NCBI GenBank assembly: GCA_041304525.1
Contig: JBFYNF010000106.1
Location: 1-50,300, forward strand
Origin: Thermoplasmata archaeon
Lineage (GTDB): Archaea; Thermoplasmatota; Thermoplasmata; UBA10834
Length of the DNA: 50,300 nucleotides
Direction of reading: 5' to 3'
Both the position numbers and the translations under genes were made by a program. Positions 15,999 through 26,124 of this stretch are shown one piece after another (position 1 is the stretch's first letter; every line of letters begins with the position of its first letter). The notes beneath the pieces were generated by a model that saw only the letters and a program-made list of their open reading frames with translations, was not told the DNA's origin and searched no databases.

Positions 15999-16889
15999 TC
16001 AAATCTCTATCTTCCCTTTCTTCAGCAATATCTGGAGCGCTTCATCGGCGACCTTGTCCTTCTTCTCCTTGTCGTCGAGCGCTTTGCGGGTGGCGAGGTT
16101 GACGTCCCTGATGGCGTTCCTCTCCTCCCTGATCTCGGCCCGCTTCTGGTCCTTGATCTCGATGACCTTGCCGCGGAGGTCCATCGCCTTCTGATGGACA
16201 GCGTCCGCCTCCTCCCTGAGCTTCAGGAACTCCTCGTGCTTCTTGTTCGCGGTCGATGCGAGCGCGACTATGTCCTTCGCGTGCACCTGGGCTTCCTCGT
16301 GGAACTTGTGCTGCTCCTCCGACAGGCGCACGACCTCTTCGTGTTCCTTGTCCGCCTGTCTGAAAAGGGCGTCTATGCTCGAGTCGATGTCCTTGACCTC
16401 CTTCTGGACCTTATCCTGCTCCACAAGGATCTTCTTGAGCCTCTGGAGGTCGTTCGCCCGCGCCTTGATCTTCTCTAGGAGCTCCCTCTCCTCGGTCAGT
16501 TTCAGCGGCACGGTCTGCTGCCTCATCTCCATGCCCCTGATGTCAGCATCTATGACCCTGATCTCCGTCTTGAGGTCGCCCATGGGAGTTCCCTTGAGCT
16601 TCCTCTTGAACTCGATGAGTTCCTTGGCCTTGCCCTGGAGCTCGTCCCTCTTCTTCTTGTGTACCCTCATCTCTGCGACGGCCGCGTCCCTCTTGTCGCG
16701 GGCGGCCCTCATCGGCTCCTGCAACTCCTTCTTCTTGTCGTGCAGAGAGTCCCTCTCGGACCGCACTATGGTGGCCTGTTCGTTTATCTCGTCACGCTTG
16801 TTCAAAAGAGCCCGGAACTTGAGCTCCGCACTCTCAAGCTCGCTTATCTTCTTCTTCTTGTTAGTCGTCGACATTCTCTTCGTCGTCAT
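15999..16889 (-). CDS. Conserved archaeal coiled-coil protein (COG1340-like)
   Basis: 296 aa, almost entirely heptad-like K/E/R/D/L-rich sequence. Confidence 0.7.
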   Translation of the reverse strand: MTTKRMSTTNKKKKISELESAELKFRALLNKRDEINEQATIVRSERDSLHDKKKELQEPMRAARDKRDAAVAEMRVHKKKRDELQGKAKELIEFKRKLKGTPMGDLKTEIRVIDADIRGMEMRQQTVPLKLTEERELLEKIKARANDLQRLKKILVEQDKVQKEVKDIDSSIDALFRQADKEHEEVVRLSEEQHKFHEEAQVHAKDIVALASTANKKHEEFLKLREEADAVHQKAMDLRGKVIEIKDQKRAEIREERNAIRDVNLATRKALDDKEKKDKVADEALQILLKKGKIEI

Positions 16890-16935
16890 TCAGACTCGCC
16901 AGGCCGGATGATTCTCATGGGATAATGGCATCGGG

Positions 16936-16942
16936 TTATAAG
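16936..16942. promoter_or_regulatory. TTATAAG box in the 100-bp divergent spacer, possibly a bidirectional TATA
   Basis: It lies about 47 nt from ATG 16889(-) and about 50 nt from ATG 16992(+). Confidence 0.3.
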
Positions 16943-16991
16943 ACTTATGACTTGGCGGGCGAAGGATTCAAGACTCGTTCCAGACATACCA

Positions 16992-17747
16992 ATGGTGCCG
17001 TGCGTTCCTGGGGGCGTGGTCCGAGTGGAATGGTGTTCGAAGGGCAGGGAGATCATACGACCGGAGATGACGACCGTCGACCTCCCAGTGGACAAGGCGA
17101 TCATTTGTTTCACCGAGGGGTTCTATCCGCGTCTGGTGAAGTGTCTCGGGCTGTCGGATGCCAAGCGCGCGCCACACATCAGCGCATGCCACAGGGGCAG
17201 GCTGGGCAAGCATGTGGCGCTGTACAAGTCGGAGGTCGGCGCGCCCGCGGTGGCGATGATCATGGAGGTCATGATAGCGTCGGGCGTCCGGCGGATACTC
17301 ATGCTAGGCCTCGCTGGTTCGCTCGTATCTTCGTGTCAGATATGCTCAATCGTCATCCCTACATGGGGTGTCAGGGAGGAGGGGACGTCATATCACTATA
17401 TACGTTCGAACGTTCGCCCAAAGCCATCGGCCGCCTTCGTGAAGGAGCTTGTTGCAGGCCTTTCGGACCTCGAGCCGAGGCTCGGCGGGGTTTGGAGCAC
17501 GGACGCTCCGTACAGGGAGACGGTCGCTAAGGCGAAGGAATATGCGGGTAGGGGTGTGCTGGCCGTCGACATGGAGACCACGGCCATGATGGCAGTCGCG
17601 ATGCGCAGGAAGGCCGAGTTCGCTGCGGTCCTCACCATATCCGATTCCGTCTATGGTGCCGATTGGGACCCCGCGTTTGGCACGAGGAAACTCAATCGCG
17701 CCCGAGACCTCGTCTGTGAGAAGGCGTCCCAGGTCATGCTGTGTTGA
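16992..17747 (+). CDS. Nucleoside phosphorylase, PNP/UDP family (uridine-phosphorylase-like)
   Basis: Motifs LGLAGSL, GVREEGTSYHY and LAVDMETTAMMAVA. ATG 16992 is chosen because the longer ORF start (16947) overlaps the TATA-like box. Confidence 0.75.
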   Translation: MVPCVPGGVVRVEWCSKGREIIRPEMTTVDLPVDKAIICFTEGFYPRLVKCLGLSDAKRAPHISACHRGRLGKHVALYKSEVGAPAVAMIMEVMIASGVRRILMLGLAGSLVSSCQICSIVIPTWGVREEGTSYHYIRSNVRPKPSAAFVKELVAGLSDLEPRLGGVWSTDAPYRETVAKAKEYAGRGVLAVDMETTAMMAVAMRRKAEFAAVLTISDSVYGADWDPAFGTRKLNRARDLVCEKASQVMLC

Positions 17748-17753
17748 CTCCGG

Positions 17754-17781
17754 GGTTTCTTCTTTGAGCGTAGTAACGCTC
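17754..17781 (+). terminator. T-rich tract plus a 6-bp hairpin (GAGCGT-AGTA-ACGCTC)
   Basis: It lies immediately after the nucleoside phosphorylase stop codon. Confidence 0.3.
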
Positions 17782-17981
17782 TCCCGCCTAGCTGATTCGG
17801 CCGTATGTCTCGGTTGGACCCACACTCACGGAATTCCTCCTCCCCGGACGTGAATTGCCGCGAAGGTGGCGCCGTATGTCAAAGACACGCACGTTGCTAG
17901 TAGTGGAAAACACTAAATACTCTGGTCGAGTAATCAAACACATCAACTCCCCAGCATGACTCCCTCCTGTGGAGCGGAGGA

Positions 17982-18671
17982 ATGCTGGGCTCAATTTCTC
18001 ACAGTCATGATCTAGTTGGACTGGGTGGGGGGAGTGGAAGTTTAGACGCCGCGGTCTTCATCGACGGGAACAATCTCTATCACAATGCGAAATCGATGGG
18101 GATCCAGCCAAGCAGGATAGATTTCGAACGGCTGGTCCAAGCGGTGTGTTCGCGTTTCGGCGCGAGCCCTAAGATGGTCTACTACTATAACTCCGTTCCA
18201 GATATATCCGATGGGAGCGAGAGATACTACAAGCATCAGAGGTTTCTCAGCCGCCTGCGCAGTATCAAAGGGTTCAATGTTCGGACGAGGAAACTCCAGA
18301 AACAGTCCAATGCTGGAGCATTGGCCGAGCGTATGAGAGATGTTCGGGCACGGGGATTTTGCCTGGGCTGCCTGCCACTGATTGAGCGGATGTGTAACGA
18401 GTGCATTGGTGCTGTCACCAAGAAGGAGAAGGGGATTGATGTGGCGATTGCCACCGACATGCTGAACACCTGCGTCATCAGGGATGAGTGCGACATGTGT
18501 ATCCTGATATCTGGCGACGCGGACTTCATACCCGCTCTGGATATCGTGAAGTCCAAGGGCAAGGACGTGGCTTCTGCTTCAGTCTACAGTGGGTATTCTC
18601 ACAACCTTCGGCAGAAACATAAGTACTTCGTGATTGGGATACGGGAATTGGATGGAGTGCTCAAGCGATAG
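17982..18671 (+). CDS. NYN/LabA-like (PIN-like nuclease fold) protein with an inserted CxxC...CxxC zinc ribbon
   Basis: Motifs AAVFIDGNNLYH, KEKGIDVAIATDML and ILISGDADFIPALDIVKSKGKDV. The insertion reads GFCLGCLPLIERMCNECIG. GGAGG lies upstream of the ATG. Gene GC is about 50-53%. Confidence 0.8.
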   Translation: MLGSISHSHDLVGLGGGSGSLDAAVFIDGNNLYHNAKSMGIQPSRIDFERLVQAVCSRFGASPKMVYYYNSVPDISDGSERYYKHQRFLSRLRSIKGFNVRTRKLQKQSNAGALAERMRDVRARGFCLGCLPLIERMCNECIGAVTKKEKGIDVAIATDMLNTCVIRDECDMCILISGDADFIPALDIVKSKGKDVASASVYSGYSHNLRQKHKYFVIGIRELDGVLKR

Positions 18672-18721
18672 ATGACGCGGCTGTGTTGGCTGTCGACAGT
18701 CCCTCAATTCAAGCCATCGAA

Positions 18722-19771
18722 TCATTGATTGACCGCAACTGTAATTCCGAGTCCTGGACTGCAGGTCGCGCGCAATCTTCCGTCCGCGAACTCGAGCCCC
18801 GACGATGGGTCGTCTATGATGTTGAAGTGCGAGTCAAGGTCAGCGTACTTGACGTTGTCCGAGCTCAGCACGAAGTGGAGACCAGCGGCTATCGACAGCT
18901 GGATCTCGCCCATGCAGCCCACCATGGTGCCGATCCCCGCACCCTCGGCTAGTCTGTTTATCGTGATGGCGTCGTGTATCCCAGCGCTCTTCATCAGCTT
19001 GATGTTGATGAGGTCGACCGCCCGGTCCCTGATGACCCGCCTCGCGTCCGCGACATCCTTGACGCACTCATCGGCCATGATCGGCACCGGGCTCCTGTCC
19101 TTGACCTTCTTCAGGCCCGCGTAGTCGTCAGCCTTCACGGGCTGCTCGACTAGCACCACATCCAGGGTATGCATCGCCTCGCAGAATCTGACCGCCTGTT
19201 CCACGGAGTAACCCTGGTTCGCGTCCACCCTCAGCTGCACCATGGGCCCGACCGCGTCCCTCACGGCCGCGACGCGCCTGATATCGTCCTCGAGGTCCAG
19301 GCCAACTTTGACCTTGAGTGCCCTGAACCCCTCTTTGTAGTGCTTCCGGGCGCGCTTGACCGTGACCTCCTTCGACTCGATGCCTATGGTCATGTCCGTG
19401 AGCACACTGTCCCCCCTGGTCCCTCCCAGGTACTTGTGGAGCGGCTTGTTCTCCCTCTTGCTCAACAGGTCGTAGACTGCGATGTCCACAGCCGCCTTCG
19501 CGGCCGTGTTCCCAGGTGCGACCGCATCCAGCCTCCGGTGCAACCCAGATATGTCACCCTCGTCCGTGCCGACGATCTTCTTCGGCACCTTTGCCAGGAA
19601 CTCCTCGACCGTCCCGACGGTCTCGTGGGTCACGTCGCTGGGGGACGCGCTCCCAATCCCGAAATCGTCGCCCGCCACGACCTTCACCATGATGTTCTCC
19701 GCAGTGTCGGAGCACCCTGTGGCTATCCTGAAGCTGCACCTGCGCTTGCTGATGAAGGTCCTAGTCTCCAC
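18722..19771 (-). CDS. Enolase-superfamily dipeptide epimerase-like enzyme (MR/MLE family)
   Basis: Motifs FRALKVKVG, RVDANQGY, LVEQPV and MADEC. The likely start is GTG 19771, 5 nt after the DUF89 stop, with a GGGGCGGAGAG Shine-Dalgarno-like motif. The longer ORF would overlap the upstream gene. Confidence 0.8.
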   Translation of the reverse strand: METRTFISKRRCSFRIATGCSDTAENIMVKVVAGDDFGIGSASPSDVTHETVGTVEEFLAKVPKKIVGTDEGDISGLHRRLDAVAPGNTAAKAAVDIAVYDLLSKRENKPLHKYLGGTRGDSVLTDMTIGIESKEVTVKRARKHYKEGFRALKVKVGLDLEDDIRRVAAVRDAVGPMVQLRVDANQGYSVEQAVRFCEAMHTLDVVLVEQPVKADDYAGLKKVKDRSPVPIMADECVKDVADARRVIRDRAVDLINIKLMKSAGIHDAITINRLAEGAGIGTMVGCMGEIQLSIAAGLHFVLSSDNVKYADLDSHFNIIDDPSSGLEFADGRLRATCSPGLGITVAVNQ

Positions 19772-19776
19772 GGAGT

Positions 19777-20661
19777 CTATCGTGCTCTCCGCCCCCTCTG
19801 TAGAAGCTTGACCGCGTTGATGTCCTTCTTGAGTCCGATGTTGTGTGCCACGGGGGCGCATTTGGTCCTAAGGAGATATACGATGGGTGCAAGGTCCGTC
19901 TCAGAGAGCGACTCGAAGTTGGCCATGCCCTTCGCGATGATGAGGTCCTTCTTCCTGAGCATGTCCCCGAAGTCCCCGTCTATGGACAGAAGGTCGATGC
20001 CCACCGCGAACCCGGGAGCCTCGACGATCTCATCGACCAGGCCCTCGAGTCCCAGCCCGTCGATGTCCTTCTTCGTCACATCCGTGAGGATGGGTTCTCC
20101 CTTCAGCACTAGCGTTACCCGTACATCGAGCTTCTTGAGCTCCTTCAGGGCGAGCCTGTCGAACACGATCTCCCCGCAGTTGTCAACGAGGTACGCGACA
20201 TCCGCGCCCTCCTTCAGGAGCTTCCTCACCTTGGGCGTGTCGTCGTGCCCTAGCCCTTCGTCCAGGAGGTTCTTGAACTCCTTCTTGAGGCTCGACGGAT
20301 GATCGAACCCCGTGCCGATGCCGAAGTCCATCACATTCCCCACGACCGCGCACAGGAAGGACGCCCTCAACTTGTCCCTGGCCCTCGCCACGAACCTCTC
20401 CACTGACGGGTACAGTTCGAGCGCGACCTCGTTGCTCTTCGCCTTGAGATCCTTGTAAGGGTCGTCGTCTCCGATCAGGTCGTACACGCCCTTGTGGACC
20501 TCGGTCGCGACGACCGCGGAGCAGACATCATCACCGAACAATCTGCCGAGCGCGGCAGAGGCGTACCTGACCGTCTCGACCGACTTGGACGGGTCAACTT
20601 CCATGGTCTCGAACAACACCCTTCTGATAAGGCAGGGGACGCACTCGGGACTCATCCTCAT
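19777..20661 (-). CDS. DUF89 (ARMT1-like damage-control phosphatase) family protein
   Basis: N-terminal ECVPCLIRR, plus DNCGEIVFD and AKGMANFESL motifs. Confidence 0.78.
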   Translation of the reverse strand: MRMSPECVPCLIRRVLFETMEVDPSKSVETVRYASAALGRLFGDDVCSAVVATEVHKGVYDLIGDDDPYKDLKAKSNEVALELYPSVERFVARARDKLRASFLCAVVGNVMDFGIGTGFDHPSSLKKEFKNLLDEGLGHDDTPKVRKLLKEGADVAYLVDNCGEIVFDRLALKELKKLDVRVTLVLKGEPILTDVTKKDIDGLGLEGLVDEIVEAPGFAVGIDLLSIDGDFGDMLRKKDLIIAKGMANFESLSETDLAPIVYLLRTKCAPVAHNIGLKKDINAVKLLQRGRRAR

Positions 20662-20773
20662 GGTGAGGCGTGAATCCCACTTTACGGATATAACACGTCT
20701 GGAACTACCCCAGGCACCTCAGATTGATATGGCACGGAGTCGTTCATATCATGGGTCTCAGAGAGGAGACGAA

Positions 20774-21736
20774 ATGTCCGTCGTCATCCGCAAGATGAAG
20801 GTCGAGGACATCCCCGATGTCAAGAAGGTCGACCTGCTCTCGTTCGGGGCTTTGGTGGAGACGAGGTACCCTGACATCAAGACCATCACCGCTAGGACCG
20901 ACGACAACATACTGTCCTTCATGCGTTCGGACCCGGACGGCGCGATCGTCGCGGTAGACGACTTCGCTGGGATCATCGGTCTGTCATTCTCCCATGTCTG
21001 GGGCAAGACCGGCTGGACTGGCCCGATATCCGTCCTGCCCATGTACCAGGGGAAGGGCGTTGGCAAGGAGCTCGTCAAGCACTCGTTGGAGTACCTGGAC
21101 GTCAGAGGCTGTACGGACATAGGCCTCGAGACCATGCCCGAGAGCCAGGTCAATATGGGCATGTACCTGAGGATAGGCCTCACGCCAGCTGGACTCGTCC
21201 TCATCATGGGCCGAGGGTTGGCCGAGGGGGACCCGCCAGACGAGTCCCTCACGGACGAGGTCATGGTCGAGAGGTTCTCGGAGAGCAGGGCGAAAGATGA
21301 CATCCTGTCCAAGATACGGAAGCTCTCGGACACGTTACACCCGGGTCTGGACTATTCTCCAGAGGTCGTCGCGACCATGGAGTACCTCTCGGGGGAGACC
21401 CTGATAGCTACGGGCGGGAACAGGCTCGTAGGGTTCTCCATCGTGCACACTCACCCTCGCAGGGAGGGCATGCAGAACGCCGTCGTCAAGGCACTCGTCG
21501 TCTCCCCGTCCGCCGGGGACCTGCCCCTCGAGCCGCTCCTAGCCGCGTCCGAGCTCTTGGCGCTGGACGACAGGTCCGCCGAGTTATCCATTCCGGTGCC
21601 GTCGGTGTGCTCACGCGCAGTGGATGTGATGTTCTCCAGAGGATACCAGGTCGCTCAGACATACGAGCGCATGATGTGGCTCGGTTCGTCCGGCATGTCC
21701 GAGCGGGAGTACAACCTCTGCTCGTGGTCGGGCTGA
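20774..21736 (+). CDS. GNAT-family N-acetyltransferase with a second GNAT-like half
   Basis: ATG 20774 follows GAGAGGAG. The acetyl-CoA loop motif is QGKGVGKELV. The longer ORF start (20492) would be antisense to DUF89. Confidence 0.7.
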   Translation: MSVVIRKMKVEDIPDVKKVDLLSFGALVETRYPDIKTITARTDDNILSFMRSDPDGAIVAVDDFAGIIGLSFSHVWGKTGWTGPISVLPMYQGKGVGKELVKHSLEYLDVRGCTDIGLETMPESQVNMGMYLRIGLTPAGLVLIMGRGLAEGDPPDESLTDEVMVERFSESRAKDDILSKIRKLSDTLHPGLDYSPEVVATMEYLSGETLIATGGNRLVGFSIVHTHPRREGMQNAVVKALVVSPSAGDLPLEPLLAASELLALDDRSAELSIPVPSVCSRAVDVMFSRGYQVAQTYERMMWLGSSGMSEREYNLCSWSG

Positions 21737-21738
21737 GT

Positions 21739-22839
21739 TCACTTCAGAATGCCCAGATGCCCCAGCTTCTCAGGCAGATAGGTGTCCGTGACATAGTCCA
21801 GGCCGTACTTCGCCAGCGCCTGCTGCTCCGCCTTCTTGCCTATCTCGAGCATCAGGTCTATCTCGTGCTTCCAGAACTCGTCCTTGAACCTCGGGTCGGT
21901 CTTCTCCGCGTTCAGCGCCTGGATGTCCTTGTCGTTGAGCGTATCCGTCGGCAGCTCGTAGTTGAGTATGTCCGAGGCGGTGATGCCCACGAACTCAGCC
22001 GTGGGCGTCGCGAGGTATTCGGATATGTGCGCGGTCTTGATCGCCCCGTACGCTATGGACGCGTGTATCCTGAAACTCCACGGGTCCCCATCCGTGAATG
22101 TGACGACTGGTATCTTCATCTCCTCGTTCAGGCGCTTGATGAACCTGCGCGTGCTCCTCGCCGGCTGCCCCTTCAGGTGCACGATGACCGCGTGCGCGTC
22201 CTCGTCGAACTTGTTCTCGACCAGACGGTCGAACATACCGCCAGTCTCTATGGCTATGATGAAGTCCGCGTCGCAGTCGACGAACTCTATCTTCTCCTTC
22301 TCGACGTTGTACGGCACGCCGTACCCGGAGTCGCCGACATCATCCCTGCAGTTGATCTTCTTCTTCTTGCCCTTCCTGTCGGTCTCCTGGATCGTGATGT
22401 TGCCCATGACCCTCGCGCCGTCCTCCTCGGGCCTGAGCTTGAAATCCTCCCTCATGCACCCAGTGATGATCTCGAGGTCCTCCGCGAGCATGTTGGACTC
22501 GTCCTGGGCGGAGAACTTCGCCTTGGGCCAGCCCTCTGATATGTAGTACATCTCCCTCAGGGTCGAGCTCTTGCTGTCCTTGATCATGTCCTCTATGAAC
22601 TCGAGCATGTACATGGTCCTCAGGAGCATCTGGGCGCCCGTGAGCTTCTTCGCGGACCTCGCGCCCATGGCCTTGCCGTACTTCCACACGGAGGACTTGT
22701 TGTCGAACCTGATGTTGCTCTTGGTCCTTAGGGGTATCATCATCTTCGGGATCTTGCCGCCGTCCAGCTGGTCGTAGACCTCCTGGGCGATGTCCGTGAG
22801 CTTGTCGACGGCGTTCTGGTGCCTCTCGCTATTCTTCAT
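21739..22839 (-). CDS. top6A: DNA topoisomerase VI subunit A (Spo11-like)
   Basis: 366 aa. [22 protein letters not shown] and the toprim motif [13 protein letters not shown] are present. It lies directly downstream of top6B. Confidence 0.95.
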   Translation of the reverse strand: MKNSERHQNAVDKLTDIAQEVYDQLDGGKIPKMMIPLRTKSNIRFDNKSSVWKYGKAMGARSAKKLTGAQMLLRTMYMLEFIEDMIKDSKSSTLREMYYISEGWPKAKFSAQDESNMLAEDLEIITGCMREDFKLRPEEDGARVMGNITIQETDRKGKKKKINCRDDVGDSGYGVPYNVEKEKIEFVDCDADFIIAIETGGMFDRLVENKFDEDAHAVIVHLKGQPARSTRRFIKRLNEEMKIPVVTFTDGDPWSFRIHASIAYGAIKTAHISEYLATPTAEFVGITASDILNYELPTDTLNDKDIQALNAEKTDPRFKDEFWKHEIDLMLEIGKKAEQQALAKYGLDYVTDTYLPEKLGHLGILK

Positions 22840-24829
22840 CCTTGATCACCTCCGTCCCCTCGTCGTAGTCGACCACGCCCTCTTCGCCTTCCTCTGGTGT
22901 CGCTGCCTCCTCCTCGACCGGGAGCTCGCCCGTGATCTTCAGGTGCTCCAGGTCCCAGTCCCCTGGGAGGACGTCCACGCCTATGACCGAGGCGGGGTCT
23001 ATGCCGCTGACATACACCTCGTTCTCGTCGTACTCCTCCTGGGTCAGCCCCACGATGGTGAACTTCATCTGGAAGACCTCGGTCGACGCGATCCTCTTGA
23101 TGTCCCATGTGACCTTGTTGCCCTCCCGGACCTCGAGCGGCTCCAATGCGAGGCTCTTGGGGTCTATCTTGTCGAACGGGACCACCATGTGCAGGTGGAA
23201 GCCCTGGGACTTGGGCGTGTAGTTGTAGACCGTCACGAGGACGTGGTGCTTCTTCTTGTCGAAGGTGACCTCGTCGTCTATCCACACGACGTTCATGATC
23301 TTGGTGATAGTGCCAGCGAGCTTCGGGACTGGCTTGCCCACGATCTTCGCGCTCTTCTCGGCGATCATGGGTATGATGTCCTGGACGATCTCGAACTTGA
23401 CCCTGGCCTTGCTCTTCTTCTCGGCCTTGTTCAGATGGGTCTTGAGGCGTCTCGCGCACGCCTTGAGGGCGAGCTCGATCTCCTCCTTGATCTCGGGTAT
23501 GTTCGCGACCGCCTCCTTGGACTCGGACGTGAACGGTATCTTGGTCGAGGCTAGGTGGACCATGATGATCGCGGGGCCGAAGGGTATGCCGTGGCCGCCC
23601 CTCTGCTCGAGCCCGTACCTCCTCCAGTCCACGTTCTCGATTGCCTGAGTCGTCGCGCAAGCGCCCTGCTGGTACATCAGCGGCACGCGGTTCGCGAACC
23701 TCAGTATCTGGACGGGCTCCTCCTTGCTCAGTTGCCCGCCGTAGACTATCCCGACCTCGACTATGAACGGGTTGCCTCCGAACACCTTCGGCTCCCTCGT
23801 GACGGGAGGCGCATAGAAGTCCGCCTTCACTTCGCCCAGGACGTTCTTGAGCCCCTTACGGATCAGGAGGTCCCCGATGGGGGACAGGCAGTCCGTCTCC
23901 GGGGCCATGATCCTGACCTTCTTGATCGCGTCTAGGATCCCTCCGGCCTGCTCGAGCGTGAGCTTGCTCGGCCTCTGCTCGGGTGGCACGCCCGCGAGGT
24001 CGCATATCTCCTTCGCGACCCTGTTGGATATCCTGGAGAACTCGGAGTTGAGGAAGCTGGTCATCCTGAGCGACTCCGTGTACTTCGCCATGCTCAGGAG
24101 CTCGCCCAGTTCGACCCCCTCGGGGTGTGGCATCACAGGTCTCGTCGGCGGTGGGACCTTGTCAGATGCGCGCTCGAACACGATGGGCGCGCCATCGGGT
24201 GGAACGTATGTGATCTTGGCGTGCGGGTTCACGATCGCCGTGCCCTTGAGGTACTCGAACACGGACTGCTTCCCGCCTATGTACTTGCCCTTCAGGTACA
24301 CCTGGACGCTGGTCCCGTGCTCCCTGTCCCAGATGACCCTGTCCTCCCGGAGCCTGTCGGGCCTGTTCTTCTTCGTGTCCAGGATGAGGTCGCATTCGTA
24401 GGCTGTGTCCTCGTCTGATATCTTGGACCTGACGGTTGTCGCCTTTCCGGTCGTGAGCTGGCCGTACATGACCACGGCCGAGACCCCGATCCCCTGTTGC
24501 CCCCTCCTCTGCGCCCTCGTGTGGAACCTGGAACCGTACAGGAGCCTCGCGAACACGTTCGGCACCTGGGTCTTCACTATCCCGGGGCCGTTGTCCTCGA
24601 CCGTGAGCTTGTACTCGGTGTTGTCCATCTTCTCGAGCTTGACCGTGAGCTCGGGCAGGATGCTTGCGTCCTCACACGCGTCGAGGCTGTTGTCGACGGC
24701 CTCCTTGACCGAGGTGATGAGGGCGCGGGTGAGCGAGTCGAATCCCAGTATTTGCTTGTTCTTCTCGAAGAACTCGGAGACGGAGATCTCCTTCTGGTTC
24801 TTCGCTAGTTCATGTGCAATAGATGCCAA
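22829..24829 (-). CDS. top6B: DNA topoisomerase VI subunit B (GHKL ATPase)
   Basis: 666 aa. Bergerat-fold motifs EAVDNSLDA and VEDNGPGI are present. It overlaps top6A by 11 nt and has an acidic C-terminal tail. Confidence 0.95.
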   Translation of the reverse strand: MASIAHELAKNQKEISVSEFFEKNKQILGFDSLTRALITSVKEAVDNSLDACEDASILPELTVKLEKMDNTEYKLTVEDNGPGIVKTQVPNVFARLLYGSRFHTRAQRRGQQGIGVSAVVMYGQLTTGKATTVRSKISDEDTAYECDLILDTKKNRPDRLREDRVIWDREHGTSVQVYLKGKYIGGKQSVFEYLKGTAIVNPHAKITYVPPDGAPIVFERASDKVPPPTRPVMPHPEGVELGELLSMAKYTESLRMTSFLNSEFSRISNRVAKEICDLAGVPPEQRPSKLTLEQAGGILDAIKKVRIMAPETDCLSPIGDLLIRKGLKNVLGEVKADFYAPPVTREPKVFGGNPFIVEVGIVYGGQLSKEEPVQILRFANRVPLMYQQGACATTQAIENVDWRRYGLEQRGGHGIPFGPAIIMVHLASTKIPFTSESKEAVANIPEIKEEIELALKACARRLKTHLNKAEKKSKARVKFEIVQDIIPMIAEKSAKIVGKPVPKLAGTITKIMNVVWIDDEVTFDKKKHHVLVTVYNYTPKSQGFHLHMVVPFDKIDPKSLALEPLEVREGNKVTWDIKRIASTEVFQMKFTIVGLTQEEYDENEVYVSGIDPASVIGVDVLPGDWDLEHLKITGELPVEEEAATPEEGEEGVVDYDEGTEVIKDEE

Positions 24830-24958
24830 TCAACCGTGCCTCCGCCCGGGAAGCATTCGCGGACATGCGCTGTGTGCATCCCGTGCGGTCAAACGGTGTC
24901 CAGGAATAAAAATATGTTGCGTGCGTTTCGGCAGGCCAGGATGGGTCGACCACACACT

Positions 24959-25492
24959 CTACTGTGCACGGCCGGCCTGGTCAGGCCTCGGCGCCTTCGG
25001 AGCAAGGCTCAGATGCCAAGTCCGGAACCTGGGCCTCGGAGCCCCTTTGTCGATGCCAACCTCCAGAGGGAACACGATCGAGGCGATTATGATGGCTGCT
25101 GCGACGATACCGAGGTAGAACCCTATGCCCGGGTATACGGCTACACTGCCGCTCGGACTGGTCCCGAACGTCAAGAGTGGGTTGTCACCCATGGCGCCAC
25201 CGACTGTGAATGTGCACACGCCTGCAAGCGCAACGAACCCTCCCAACATCGAGGTGATGGATATCGCCAGTCCTACCACCATCAGATAGAGTGCCGTCGA
25301 ATATGCGAAATTCAGGAACTCAGACGGGTCGGAGCCCAGCCAGTAGTCGAAGTCCGTCAATAGGTTGGTCTCCGATGACCGGCCTTCACCTGGTGGCGTG
25401 TCGTCGTAATCCCTCACGAGCCACGGCAGAGAGATGCTCGCGACCATCAGAGCGATGCCTATGACGCACATGAGGCTGAGAGTGATCCTCAT
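24959..25492 (-). CDS. Hypothetical membrane protein (4 TM)
   Basis: 177 aa and hydrophobic. Its start overlaps the stop of the upstream gene in an ATGA arrangement. Confidence 0.5.
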   Translation of the reverse strand: MRITLSLMCVIGIALMVASISLPWLVRDYDDTPPGEGRSSETNLLTDFDYWLGSDPSEFLNFAYSTALYLMVVGLAISITSMLGGFVALAGVCTFTVGGAMGDNPLLTFGTSPSGSVAVYPGIGFYLGIVAAAIIIASIVFPLEVGIDKGAPRPRFRTWHLSLAPKAPRPDQAGRAQ

Positions 25493-26124
25493 GCCTGCAC
25501 CCCTTTCTTCGTTCGCAGGTATGTGATCCCGAAGACGACGGGCGGCAGAAGCAGGAACGCGATGCCTGCGATGATTACTGTGCCCCTATCATAGGTGTCG
25601 ATGATCGTCCCTGCATCCCTTGTCGTCCAGATGAGGACGCTGAATGCAGCCATCACGGACGACGGCACCAACGAAGGGAGGATGCGCAACCTGGCAACCG
25701 CGAACGAGATGACGTAGATCGTCGCGAAGACCCCGATCGCCCCCAGTATCATGTTCTCGGTAGACATGACGGGCCAGTAGCCGCCGGGGGCCTCTTCGTA
25801 CAGGGTGTAGAAGTCGACTACGGCGCCGGTCGCCGCAATCGCTATGCCGGCGAGAAGCACCAGGGCCACCAGCATGTTCTGCGTCTTCGGCGGGGACCAC
25901 ATGGGGGACCTGAGCCTCCATAGCAGCAGGAGGAACACTAGGGAGAATAGGAGCATGTCCAAGGCGAGGTTGCCGATGAACAGATGGTTGAGTCCGCTGA
26001 TGGGTGTCCCTGCTGGCGGGGGCACGATAGGATTTGCCGATGCGTATCCTGAGACGGCAAGAATGAGTCCTGCTACAAGCAACGACCTCGCGCTCAAACC
26101 CCGGACTCCCCTTATCTCAACCAC
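25489..26124 (-). CDS. Hypothetical polytopic membrane protein, paralogue of 29500-30153
   Basis: 211 aa. A signal-anchor helix ends ..ASA-NPIVPPP. It shares the ARLRILPSL and IWT motifs with the other copy. The start is uncertain (GTG 26124 or TTG 26097). Confidence 0.55.
   Translation of the reverse strand: MVEIRGVRGLSARSLLVAGLILAVSGYASANPIVPPPAGTPISGLNHLFIGNLALDMLLFSLVFLLLLWRLRSPMWSPPKTQNMLVALVLLAGIAIAATGAVVDFYTLYEEAPGGYWPVMSTENMILGAIGVFATIYVISFAVARLRILPSLVPSSVMAAFSVLIWTTRDAGTIIDTYDRGTVIIAGIAFLLLPPVVFGITYLRTKKGVQA

Noticed and set aside
16992-18671. PNP/UDP-family nucleosidase plus NYN nuclease as a two-gene defence module (by analogy with ATP-degrading PNP effectors)
   Set aside because: The phosphorylase has native GC, a housekeeping uridine-phosphorylase-like active-site motif (REEGTSYHY) and its own terminator-like hairpin. 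The NYN gene is compositionally distinct and separated by 234 bp. Linkage looks coincidental.
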